From: Orbicella franksi
Taxonomy: Eukaryota
Length of the DNA stretch: 64,000 nt
Reading direction: 5' to 3'
Assembly (NCBI GenBank): GCA_964199315.1
Contig: OZ116703.1
Location: forward strand, 14,942,001 to 15,006,000
Shown here: positions 1-9,984 of the stretch, piece after piece
How the letters are laid out: the number at the start of each line of letters is the position of its first letter
Position numbering within the stretch: position 1 is the stretch's first letter
Made by a program: the position numbers and the translations under genes
The notes under the pieces: model-generated
Told to the model about the DNA's origin: nothing
The model's database searches: none
The model's input: the letters and a program-made list of their open reading frames with translations, nothing else

Positions 1-41
1 CCACAATAAATTAACTTGAATGCTACTGTCAAAAATATTAC

Positions 42-2588
42 CTATTTCTTTGCTGCAGCAAAAGAAGATATTCTTCATATTCAGGACGAACTTCTTCTTT
101 TGCAGAGGGAACCTGTTTCAATATTTTACAATGTATGAAAACATATAATAAATAAATGCAATTCACTATTCAATAACTAAAAAGCCTTAACAACAAACCA
201 TAAAAAATTCATCTACTGATCATGACCACTTCCATGCCTTGGAGGTCCCTATAAGTCAAGCTTTATGTTCCAGCCTGATCATGTAGTACTGTAGAGAGCC
301 ACACAGTGTCTCTCTGATTGGTTGTTAGCAAGTAAAATAGATATTAAAATAATTGGATATTATCATATTTAAGAGGCACCCTCTGTAACTTTCTCAGATA
401 AATGGTTTAGATAAGTGATTCACAAAAATATAACTTTCAGTTCAATTCCATTCTAATTTAGCACTGGGGCCACCATCTTGGTTTTGCCCCTCTGAGAGGG
501 CTTTCAGCGGCCATTTTAGGACACATTTTGAACAATTTGCCATACAAAGAAAACGATATACACTGTAAATCTGGATAAAAACCCTTTATTCGAGACAAGC
601 AAATGTTTGTTGTTACATTGAGAGGCTGTTTGGGCAATTTGATCATCATCTGATTTTTTACAGAATTTTAAATTTCTTCCCTTTCAGACTACTCATGAAG
701 CGCCATAAAAAAGGCGAAATCAGTCTCAGTTCATAAACACGCAAAAAAAGAACTTGGCCGATATCCAGCCATCTTGACCTGACACTTGGTCAATAACCAT
801 ACTTATTACATGGCTGTGTCTCACAAGGACTGGAAACTACCAAATTCACGAATTTGATTGGCTGAAATCGATATTGACCGTGGTCTAGATTTTCCCATCT
901 AGACCGGCATCTAGACCGGTTTCATTTTGCGTTGAAAAAGTAGTAAACTAAAATACAAAAATGTTCACCATTTTCTTTTATTTTCTTCTCAATCATTTGT
1001 GGAAGTGCCAAAAAGCCTGATGACAAAAAAAAAAAGTAAAGAGGACAAGCAAATTTCGGCAGGTTTAAGTTAAGCTCATCACCATTCGCGAGCAAAATGT
1101 CAGCAAACCAGTTACATTAAACGAATTAAAGTTTTCTTCTTTGCCATATAATAAACATCTTATTAACCGAGCTAAGTCAGTCTGTACAGGAGAATCTTGA
1201 CCTTGGTTGTGTGTACAGACCTCACTGCGTTTGGTCTGTGCTCACAACCTCGGTCAAGATTCTCCCATACAGACCTCCAGCTCGGTTAATAAGAGCTAAA
1301 TATTGTTCCAGATCATCTCTGTTCATGCCAATCTTATTTCCAGGAACCCTGCTTTTACTGGTCATGGACAAGAAGGAGTGAGAGTTCTGAGAACTAGATC
1401 AGCTTGAGAACTGTGTTGTATGTGTACAATGTAATCATTCTTATGCTAGAAGTCATTATTTTCATTTACAAGTACATATACATGTACCTCTTCTTTGTGT
1501 TTTCCAGGCTTTCCTCTTGATTTATCCCACTTTCCATGGTGATCTATAATTTGATCAAAAATTCAACCAATCAATCACTCAGTAACACATGTATACACAG
1601 TATTGCACAGGCCACAAGAATCTTCAAGTTTCCTTAATCCAATGGATGAGTGTACATGATCATTTTAGCTTGACCCAGTCAAGAAATAACAGCTCATGAT
1701 ACCTTAACACAGCACAAGTATTGCTGGAATATTGAAATCTACCCATCTTTTATAAAATAACTGCTTTCATCAGTCGATAGATCTGTTTAGATGAGAGCAT
1801 ATAAACACGGTTAAGAAATTTTAGATTTGGGTGTACTTTGAGAAATATTTCATAAAAGCAATAGAGTACTTTATCCGTGTTTACATAACCTCATTTAAAC
1901 ACTTGGGGGGGTTGGGAGAATTCTCAAAAGTTATGCTAACCCTCAACTGCATCTCAGGTTTGCATAACTTTCGAGAATTGCGTCTCGCAAACTGTGTCTT
2001 GGGTTTGCATAACTGTATTGAATTCTCTGAACCTCCCTCGTGTTTAGATGAGGCTATGTAAACACAGAAAAAGTGCTCTTTTGCTTAAGTATTGCATCCA
2101 ATATATCCACTAGAAAAATCTCGTAGAAAAGTCTCTCTTGTAAGTCTAAGGAGGGAGATGTTGATCAAAAAATCTAATTAATACTACATTCGGTATGCAA
2201 CTTGAATTTTTTCTTGTTCTTGCTGCATGAAAGTTTTCTTATAATATTCAAAAAGAGGAAATTTACCTTAGCTATAAAATTACAAACCATTTACTATATA
2301 TTAAAAATTAAGTTTAAAAGAACATATTCTAAGCAAATAATCGAAGCAAATAAAGGACTTCCTCCTGACGAAAGGTGCCTCAGACGCCCAGAAGCATAGA
2401 TATCGTTATTCCCGAAGTTTTTAAATTGGCTATGCTTTAAAGAAAATAAGGATTGAACTTACAATTACAATTTAATTATAAGCTTAAGTAGAAAGTTGGT
2501 ATGTATACAATATGGCTGCAACCACGGAGACCGTTCATTAGCGGGAATACCAGCTGTCATTAAAACGTAATTGCAGCTTACCTTCCAT
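42..2588 (-). CDS. KATNIP: Katanin-interacting protein (KIAA0556), first three coding exons; gene continues beyond window start
   Basis: Exons complement(2582..2588, 1488..1543, 42..112) all have GT-AG boundaries and compatible phases (1, 0). They give MEDHHGKWDKSRGKPGKHKEE-VPSAKEEVRPEYEEYLLLLQQRNR, matching the KATNIP N-terminal motif as I recall it (human HDEYLILLQQRNR). Not in the ORF track. Confidence 0.85.
1160..1292. repeat. Palindromic segment of an abundant anthozoan non-autonomous repeat; related pieces at about 720-800, 30725-30850 and 32830-32960
   Basis: Arms TTATTAACCGAGC..GTCTGTAC..GAGAATCTTGACC and GGTCAAGATTCTC..ATACAGAC..GCTCGGTTAATAA are inverted. The CAGCCATCTTGACC / GGTCAAGAT motif recurs at the other sites. 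Confidence 0.6.
1877..2065. repeat. Fold-back (palindromic) repeat element
   Basis: GTGTTTACATAACCTCATTTAAACAC...GAGAATTC on the left is inverted as GAATTCTC...GTGTTTAGATGAGGCTATGTAAACAC on the right. Confidence 0.6.
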
Positions 2589-2881
2589 GACTGGGCTTGG
2601 ATTTTCCAAGGTTTGGGAGATCATCTAACATCTTCCGATCTGCGCGTCCAGTTTATTACAGATAATGGTTTCATAGTTTCAAGAAATTAGGCGAAAAAAT
2701 TCCCAAAACATACACGACCTCAGAGATTTTCCCTAATGGCTCGGTTACCAAGTGCTTTGTTGTTAAAGCATTCTGGGTAATTGTAAATCCCGTGGCATTG
2801 CGCTCGTTATCCCGCATGATCCCGCAACTGGTTAAGCTCAGTACGTGACTGTTGCTTCAAAGGAACGCAACGAACGTGATA

Positions 2882-3025
2882 TTTTCGGGTGAAAGTTTGC
2901 ATCAAGAGCAGGAGAGCCCCTGGGCAATTACTCCGCTTACCGAACCACTTCAGGCTCTCCCGCTCTTGATGTAAACTTTCGCCCGAAAAGCTGCCCGACT
3001 ACCTGCCCCTGGGTCTCCGAGGATT
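2882..3025. mobile_element. MITE-like hairpin element; same family end (GACCAACTGCCCCTGGGT) near 7890-7907
   Basis: Inverted arms of about 37 bp: TTTTCGGGTGAAAGTTTGCATCAAGAGCAGGAGAGCC and GGCTCTCCCGCTCTTGATGTAAACTTTCGCCCGAAAA, followed by CTGCCCCTGGGTCTCCGAGGAT. Confidence 0.6.
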
Positions 3026-3469
3026 CTTCGACTTCGGCTTCTCCCATATTATTGCGTCATGTGACACGGGAGAGTTCGAGCGTTCCATGGGTATAAAGGT
3101 TGGATATCTTTGATAGGATCCAAAACTGATCAGTATTACAAATTGAAGGTTCTTGAATTGCCCCTGGGATCAATTCCAACTGTGGGCTTCGAATATTTTT
3201 TCTTTCTTTCTTTCTTTCTTATCCTTTGAGGGGTCTTAGAAAAGACGTAGCAGTGATGAAGTCACCCCGAAGTCACATAGAGGTATCACCCTTCTCTTAT
3301 AAAATATTTCTGCAGTCTGATATCGAGTACATGCTTGAGAAATGTAAAGAACAAATGATAAACATTGCCAATGAAAAACAAATCACTCGTGAGTAAATCG
3401 TTTCACCTCTACCTCAATGTTTGCTATTTTAAATTCGAGGTGAAATAAAGGTTATTATCAGTTGTACTT

Positions 3470-3474
3470 ATTGC

Positions 3475-3512
<38 letters not shown>

Positions 3513-3985
3513 CAAAATCAAAACCGTTCAACAGATTAAGTCCAGAATCTGGGAAAGGAAAGAAGGTAAATATGCCGGGACTCTCGCCAAGATTCTGGTC
3601 ACATTAATTTTTCTTATGCAAGATATGAGGAGAAAATTTTTACCCAAATCATTTATAGAGATTTGCATGGAGACGCCATGCTGGTGTCCATCCGTATAGG
3701 TACCAACATGGCGGCCGGAAACCAACAGAAACATCTGTCAGTAAGTTTTGCTACAAAAGCGTGAATTTTCTCATGACAGCTCTCTAGGTCCTCATGTAAA
3801 TGCCGCGTCACGCAAAAGCTTAGAAATTCAAGCCTAGTGTATCACAAAACCAAGAACCCATTCGGAGCGAAACTGTGTATGAATGTTAGTTTCAGCTGCT
3901 CTTATCCATCATTAAAGTAAAATTGCAGGAAGATCAATAGTTTTGTAGTTTGAATTTTGGTGACGTCATGTGAAAACCAGCTATT
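3470..3985. mobile_element. Non-autonomous DNA element (MITE), superfamily unassigned
   Basis: Imperfect terminal inverted repeats TTGCTGGTTTTCAGTGTCACGCCA and TGACGTCATGTGAAAACCAGCTATT. Confidence 0.55.
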
Positions 3986-4499
3986 GTTGTAACTTGAACT
4001 GTGCGCATGCGACTGTGCAAACATTATGTCAACGGATGGTCGTAATGTCTAACAGGAAGCGAAGGAGTGAAGGATGGTGTGAGATTCACCCTCATACCTA
4101 CAACTTAAAAATTGGCTATGCTGTTTTCCAAGTTAAAAATTAGCAAGGAATCGAAATAAGGAGGGCGAACCAATTGCACGTCCAAACATGGAAGTCATCG
4201 TCACTGAGTTGTAAATATATAATTAAAGTGTATAAAAAGTATTAATTTTAATAACGTAAGCGATACACCTGTCAATCAAACTTAATTGTCTTCATTAACA
4301 AAGGTTTAAATAGTCCGAATAGTGAAATAAAGCCTCCAGTAATGATAGGATTGTGTTAAATACGTTTAGTCTCTTAAGTACAAGAAAACACAAGAAGTTA
4401 ACTTTTGATTTTACTCACTCGATCTCAACCGCGCGCTCTCCGAGAACTTTCACGTTGGACACCTCAGCGAGATCGAGAGGCTGACCACGCGCCGAAAAA

Positions 4500-5867
4500 A
4501 TGCTGCTCATAAACGCCGTGAAAGGTGCACGAACGACGCAAGTTAAAATGCTCATAAAAGTTGGAATAAACGTCAATGAAGTAGACGAAAATGGACTTAC
4601 AGGTCTTCTTCACTGCTGCTTTCTTCAAGATGCTCGAGCAAGGATGAAAATTCTGAGATGTTTGATTGCAGCAGGTGCTGATCTCAACAAAAAGGACATT
4701 TATGGACGTACAGTTCTCAGCTGGGCTTGTCTTAGGGGAAGAGTTGAAATGGTTAGATATTTGCTGAACGACCTTCTTTGCATTGATCTCCGAGTGGATG
4801 TCACAGACAAAGAAGGAAACAATGCGCTACTTCTTTCTGTGATGTCTGGCAACTTTCACATTGTGAAAATGATGGTGGAGGTTTTAAGAGACACAGCGCT
4901 TGCTAGTGAGATTAATAAAGCTAACAACGATGGTATGCGGCCTTTAATAGCTGCGTTTTTACGAGGAGATAAACTCTGCGCGCAATTTCTCATAAAGCAA
5001 GCAGGATCTTCAGTGTCGAGTGTCCTTAAGTACCGCAGGGCCCTTCAAAACGGATCTCTTGAGTTTTTTACATGTTCATCGCTTTTGTTTGACTCTCCAC
5101 ACGGTAATTTCCATATTGCTGGAAATGAGCAAACAAGCCAACGTTTTGTTCAATCCACAGAAGACGACATTTTTGGGTTTCTGTTTGCAAAGGATGAAGA
5201 CATGTCCGACGCGCAGACGAGCAAATCCCAAGAAATAAAGCTGGACGACAATAACAATAATCTGGCGCAAAAACATCTTCTGTTGTCAAGAAGATCTGGA
5301 ATAAGAAATCAAGGAAATGTTCTATCATTTCAACCTCAACGACCTCCTTCAGCAGAAACAATTTCAGACATCTCCCAGATAAACACTTTTAGTTCTCCCG
5401 CGGACAACACTTCAAGATCGGCAAATATCACGCGGGAAGTGTCCGATTCGCAGAGCGCTGGTTCGTCGTCACGAACATCCGTTCAAAAGCTGCTGATCCT
5501 GTACGCAGAACAGATTTCACCCTCCTACAGACAAGGCTTACCCATACGTAGATACACGCCCACCCAGCCCGATATCTTTAATGAATCTAGCAGAGACATT
5601 GACTCCAGACGCTCTAGTTTGCTTACGGGGAACGAATCCGACCGAAAACTGCAAGCGTTTGCGGACTCCTTGGCAGGACCTTCACCGGGACTTCTTGGTG
5701 AATCCCTTATGGATCAGCAGCTTCGTATGAAATATGCTCGCAATTCTAGAGCCGCCAGTATGCAAGTTCCAAGGTTACCGGCCCTTTCCGTGGGGCGCGG
5801 GAGAGTCAAAAGAACAAGATCATCCACTATCATGTCGGTTAACAAAAACTACACGAACTCTAACTAA
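4500..5867 (+). CDS. Intronless ankyrin-repeat protein, ANKRD63/ANKRD34-like (paralog 1), 455 aa
   Basis: About five N-terminal ankyrin repeats ([32 protein letters not shown]) and a Ser/Arg-rich disordered tail. Architecture resembles ANKRD63. Confidence 0.85.
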   Translation: MLLINAVKGARTTQVKMLIKVGINVNEVDENGLTGLLHCCFLQDARARMKILRCLIAAGADLNKKDIYGRTVLSWACLRGRVEMVRYLLNDLLCIDLRVDVTDKEGNNALLLSVMSGNFHIVKMMVEVLRDTALASEINKANNDGMRPLIAAFLRGDKLCAQFLIKQAGSSVSSVLKYRRALQNGSLEFFTCSSLLFDSPHGNFHIAGNEQTSQRFVQSTEDDIFGFLFAKDEDMSDAQTSKSQEIKLDDNNNNLAQKHLLLSRRSGIRNQGNVLSFQPQRPPSAETISDISQINTFSSPADNTSRSANITREVSDSQSAGSSSRTSVQKLLILYAEQISPSYRQGLPIRRYTPTQPDIFNESSRDIDSRRSSLLTGNESDRKLQAFADSLAGPSPGLLGESLMDQQLRMKYARNSRAASMQVPRLPALSVGRGRVKRTRSSTIMSVNKNYTNSN

Positions 5868-6859
5868 ATGATAACGAGTAATAAAATAAACAGTGATCAC
5901 TTTTAATTTGAAACAAGCCTTTGTAGCCTCTCTCTAAGTTGTTATTGGATAAGTCTTCGAAATCAGCTCTATTCAGCTGGTTATCACCCATCGCAGCCAG
6001 AGGAAGCTACTGGAAGGTCTCACCTATTCTGTATTTTTTTTTTTTTTTTTTACCTTTAAAATTTTTTGGAAATTTTCAGGCTATATATTATCTTTACCAG
6101 CGCTCTTCCTCTACTCGGTGCTCGCAATCTTAAACCGACAAACTGGTTACTTTTCTGTTGCTACCTTACTGATTTTGTGTAAACACTCCTTTATTCCGTG
6201 TATATTTTATCGTGTGTTGCGTTAGGATTTTGCATGGTCGTCTATTTCGTTTTCAGTTTCGGGTACCGTCAAATTTTATTTGGTTTTCAGTAGCGTGATC
6301 GAAACAGTTTCGTTTTTGCGGAGTTTGTTATTCTCTCTTCACAGAAAGTTAAGTTACGTTCAATGCAGACTACAGTGAATACCGTGCATTTTTTCGTCGC
6401 TCATGTTGTCTTTGTGAATTAGCGTGTTTGCTGGCATAGTCGGCATAGCTTCTTTCCTAGCTAACGCTAGTGTTGGTTCTAGTTAATGATTTCTGCCGTT
6501 CAGTCTTCACACTGAAAACTTAGCATAAGGTGAATCAACGTAATCAGGTCTAGCTGACTCACAGGTGACATTTACCACCCCAAACCAAACCCTCTTTAAT
6601 TAATAATTAATAATTAATAACGGAGGCTTTCTCGATAATTTCCGCTCACTGGTTGACAGGAAACACGCAACACTTGGCTTGAAAAGTACGTGAGCCAGCG
6701 GGTGGTTAAATGTGAAATAACTTTTTCTGTTTCGATACCCGTCTTCGGTTCCAGTGCATACCCTCCTTAAAAATAAAGCTTACAAGTAACCGAATATGAC
6801 GTGACACGTCATGACGTCACAACTTCCACTTAGCCATTCTGGTTGATCCATGGGTCTCG

Positions 6860-7552
6860 CATCCTTGGAGAGGGGAATGAGGAAAGGGTCCAGCATCTTT
6901 TTTACAACAAATCTGTCGTTCATTAACTTCATATTCCAGTCGTTTAAGCTCTTTAGCCCTGATATTCGTTGACACAGGTCTTTGAAGTTTTCTTGTACAC
7001 GGCCTGTCGTGGCAGTGGCAAATGATCTTTCACTACAGAGCGAAGGGTTCTTTGTTTCGGTTTAGGAGTATCCGTCGTGAGTTCTTTTCGGCATATTCAG
7101 CACAGGTAACGTGCCAAAAATCTTGGGTGTTTTTTCGTCATTTTCTCTGAATGAACTGCAGAGGAAACAAGGTAATTTAAGTGAAGAAATACTGAAGAAG
7201 ATCTGGAGCTAGCTTGCCTAAGAATGTTTCAAATGTTTATGTGTTATGCACTACGTCTGAGACAGATCACCGCAAATTCGCAATGTATTTAACCAGAATT
7301 TGTTTTATTTTACTGCTTACATGTTTCAATATCTTCTGGATGAAAGTGTTTCTCGCGTGTAAACACCTTGTCGTTTTCTACTTGTCTCTTGAAGTCGCGA
7401 TCAACTTCTCTTGTCTTCGTAATTTCGCCGAGCCAATCTTCCCTCCATTTCTTGTGGTCCTCGTCTTTTGCCTTCGGTAACTTCCATATTCCTACTTCTT
7501 TGGTCCTTCTACTTGCGCTACAGCCAAACATAGGACAATTATCTCCTGGCGT
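6860..7552 (-). pseudogene. Decayed THAP-domain gene of an internally deleted DNA transposon
   Basis: Start codon mutated (ACG CCA GGA GAT AAT TGT). Reads [10 protein letters not shown]...KWREDWL...VFTREKHF, a THAP C2CH finger with the third Cys changed to Arg. GT-AG intron at 7156-7320. Exon 2 (..GTLPVLNMPKR..) carries several frameshifts. Confidence 0.75.
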
Positions 7553-8469
7553 AACGATACTCGATCAATTAACAGCAAATTTAACAGCCAAAACCAGAAT
7601 TTTTGATTCGAACTTCAATTTCTACGAGACTCCGGACGCCGTCTTCGCATTTCTGTTGTGCACGGTCGCGATCGCGTGACCAAGCAAAAACCTAAACAAA
7701 GAGATCGTCCTCTGAAGTTTGCCAGGTTTCATAACCATTCCCCTCCACTAACTATGGCTACATACGTAGCCTAGTCGGGTGACGAGGCGGTCAAATAGGC
7801 GAAAACGATGCGAACGAAGTTGACACCCTCTCGCTCGTTCTTGCAAACCTTTTTCCCCTCGAACTGGTTTGCCCGTTTGACGTCCTCCTGACCAACTGCC
7901 CCTGGGTGAATCTCGGAATCTGTTGGGGTAATTCAGTTTATGAATTGAAGCTTTTACAGAAAAGGATAAACGTTCCTCAGCTGAGGATTTGAGTGTGAGC
8001 TTACATGAAGTTCAGCTACTCCCACGAATAACGTAAAATTTCAATATCTTTAATTTCCTGAACACAACAACTAACAAGGCTCGATTAACAGCCGCTGTTC
8101 GGGAAAGGAGCCCGCGCAAGCCTACAGCTAACCAGTAATCAGTTATAACTGTTGTCTCTTTTTGATCTCTTTCACCTTTCCTGGCCTCTTGTAACAACCG
8201 CAAAATGAATACTAGCGACCTAAGCAAAGGCATAAGCTTATGAGGAAACCTTCGACATAACAAACCAGCTCCGTCTCTCAAATACAAGGCAACAAAATGG
8301 TGAAATAACCGATTTTCATTGACTGATCTACAGTGTTTGGTCATTATATTGGTAACTACAAACGTTTCAATGTTGTTATTGTTATTAGTTTTCTCCAGCC
8401 ATAGATGATGACCTTTTTCTCGTTTGGCTATAAACGTTCATGACGGCTCTTCAGAGCCAGTGCTAGATG

Positions 8470-8650
8470 CAGTATCATACATTACCGTACAGTATCATAC
8501 ATTACCGTACAGTATCATACATCACCGTACAGTATCATACATTACCGTACAGTATCATACATTACCGTACAGTATCATGCATTACCGTACAGCATCATAC
8601 ATTACCGTACAGTATCATACATTATCGTACAATATCATACATCACCGTAC
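8470..8650. repeat. Minisatellite, 9 x 20 bp (CAGTATCATACATTACCGTA)
   Basis: Nine head-to-tail units counted directly, with only a few substitutions and no spacers. Confidence 0.97.
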
Positions 8651-9083
8651 CCAAATTCGCAACTAGCCAATCAGAATCGAAGCCGTGAATACTGTCATAA
8701 AGTCCTACGATATCAAGTCACTAAGGTCGTGTTCTATTGGGGTCAACCATTTCAGTCGCAACCGCTTTGGGTTGATACGGTTAAAGTTTCTCAATAGAAC
8801 ACTATTCCAACCGTTTTCGCTTGAAACGCGGTAACTCCTGGAAAAAGTCCTTACGCAAGCTACAATCACACAACATAATCACGCAAATGCTTTTTCAACC
8901 GTTTCAACCTGGTTTCAGGTCAGTTGAAAAAGTTGATCAACCAAACCAACCGAAAATGGTTTTTCCCCAATAGAACACGGAAAATTCTAACCAACCAGAA
9001 ACGGTTGATCCCAATAGGACACGACCTAACTGTCACTGATATGGCTGCGATATCATGGTCACTTGGCCGAATTTGGGTACGGT
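8644..9083. mobile_element. Outer MITE-like element with 16-bp inverted ends, interrupted by the 8725-9026 MITE
   Basis: ACCGTACCCAAATTCG (8644-8659) and CGAATTTGGGTACGGT (9068-9083) form a perfect inverted repeat. Confidence 0.65.
8725..9026. mobile_element. PIF/Harbinger (Tourist-like) MITE, 302 bp
   Basis: 24-bp TIR GGTCGTGT(T/C)CTATTGGG(G/A)TCAACC, flanked on both sides by TAA (8722-8724, 9027-9029), the typical Harbinger TSD. Many internal CAACC/CGGTT motifs. Confidence 0.85.
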
Positions 9084-9594
9084 AAATACCTGATCGTATC
9101 TTTTTTGTATGCTTCGGCGGTATATCAGTATCGTGTGGTCTCGCCGTGGCTATTTTGGCTTGACTACCTTAAGAAAAAAAAAACCATGGCTAGACCAAAC
9201 TCGCCTGATTTGCCGCCGAACCGTACCAAAAAGGTACGATTAGGTATAAGTATAATTCATGTAACATGACTGCAAGCAGACTTTGCTCGTCTTTGCTGGA
9301 AAGCGTGCAGCGCATGCGTCTTTTAGTCCAGTTCTCACTGCTGATAAAAAATCGCAGAATAACCGCGACCCGGGCTCAACTGTTTAAAGACATTCGCTCT
9401 AACCATCAGTTGCTTCTTTAGAAGTTTGGACCAATACGAGTCGATTGGGCTTGCCCCATCCTTATACCCCCAATCGTGTCCTCTCTTTAACCTGCTCGCG
9501 AGGACGCGCGATCACTGCAAGTTATTCTTACTTTTCCCCGCACGAAAAAGAGTGTGCACTTAACGCCAGATGCATCCTTACTCCTAACTGCTCG

Positions 9595-9794
9595 AATAGG
9601 CCCTTTGCCCGACCCGGTCACATGGTACAAAATCACACATGCTGGGACGCAAGTTGCACAGTGGGACTTCCAAAACAAAGACAGGTCAAGGTGGACTGGT
9701 AGGAGTTGCTTTGTTTTGGAAGTTCCACTGCGCAACTTGCGTCTCAGCATTGGTGATTTTGTACCATGTGACCGGGTCGTGCAAAGGGCCTATT
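9595..9794. mobile_element. Palindromic MITE with arms of about 90 bp
   Basis: AATAGGCCCTTTGCCCGACCCGGTCACATGGTACAAAATCAC... is inverted as ...GTGATTTTGTACCATGTGACCGGGTCGTGCAAAGGGCCTATT. Possible TA TSD. Confidence 0.85.
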
Positions 9795-9984
9795 AATGCG
9801 CAAGGACAGCGAGTTATGTTCTTGCAAAAACGGCGGCGTCTTACTACCGTCACTGCTTGAAATATTTGTCTGGAAACCGAGAAAAAAAGAGAGAGCACTC
9901 TAATGATCTGAGTGGCGTAAACAAAACAAGACTCTACTGTCTTAAAAGATATACAAGTGTGATGTGTCTATTCTATTGGTGGAA

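Noticed and set aside
458-649. 63-aa minus-strand ORF as a KATNIP exon
   Set aside because: The KATNIP frame joins 1488 directly to 112 in phase; this ORF lies in the intron and has no recognisable homology.
8470-8650. Regular 20-bp repeats as a CRISPR array or a repetitive protein (ORFs 8424, 8467)
   Set aside because: Units are contiguous with no unique spacers, there are no cas genes and the context is eukaryotic. The ORFs are by-products of a stop-poor repeat.
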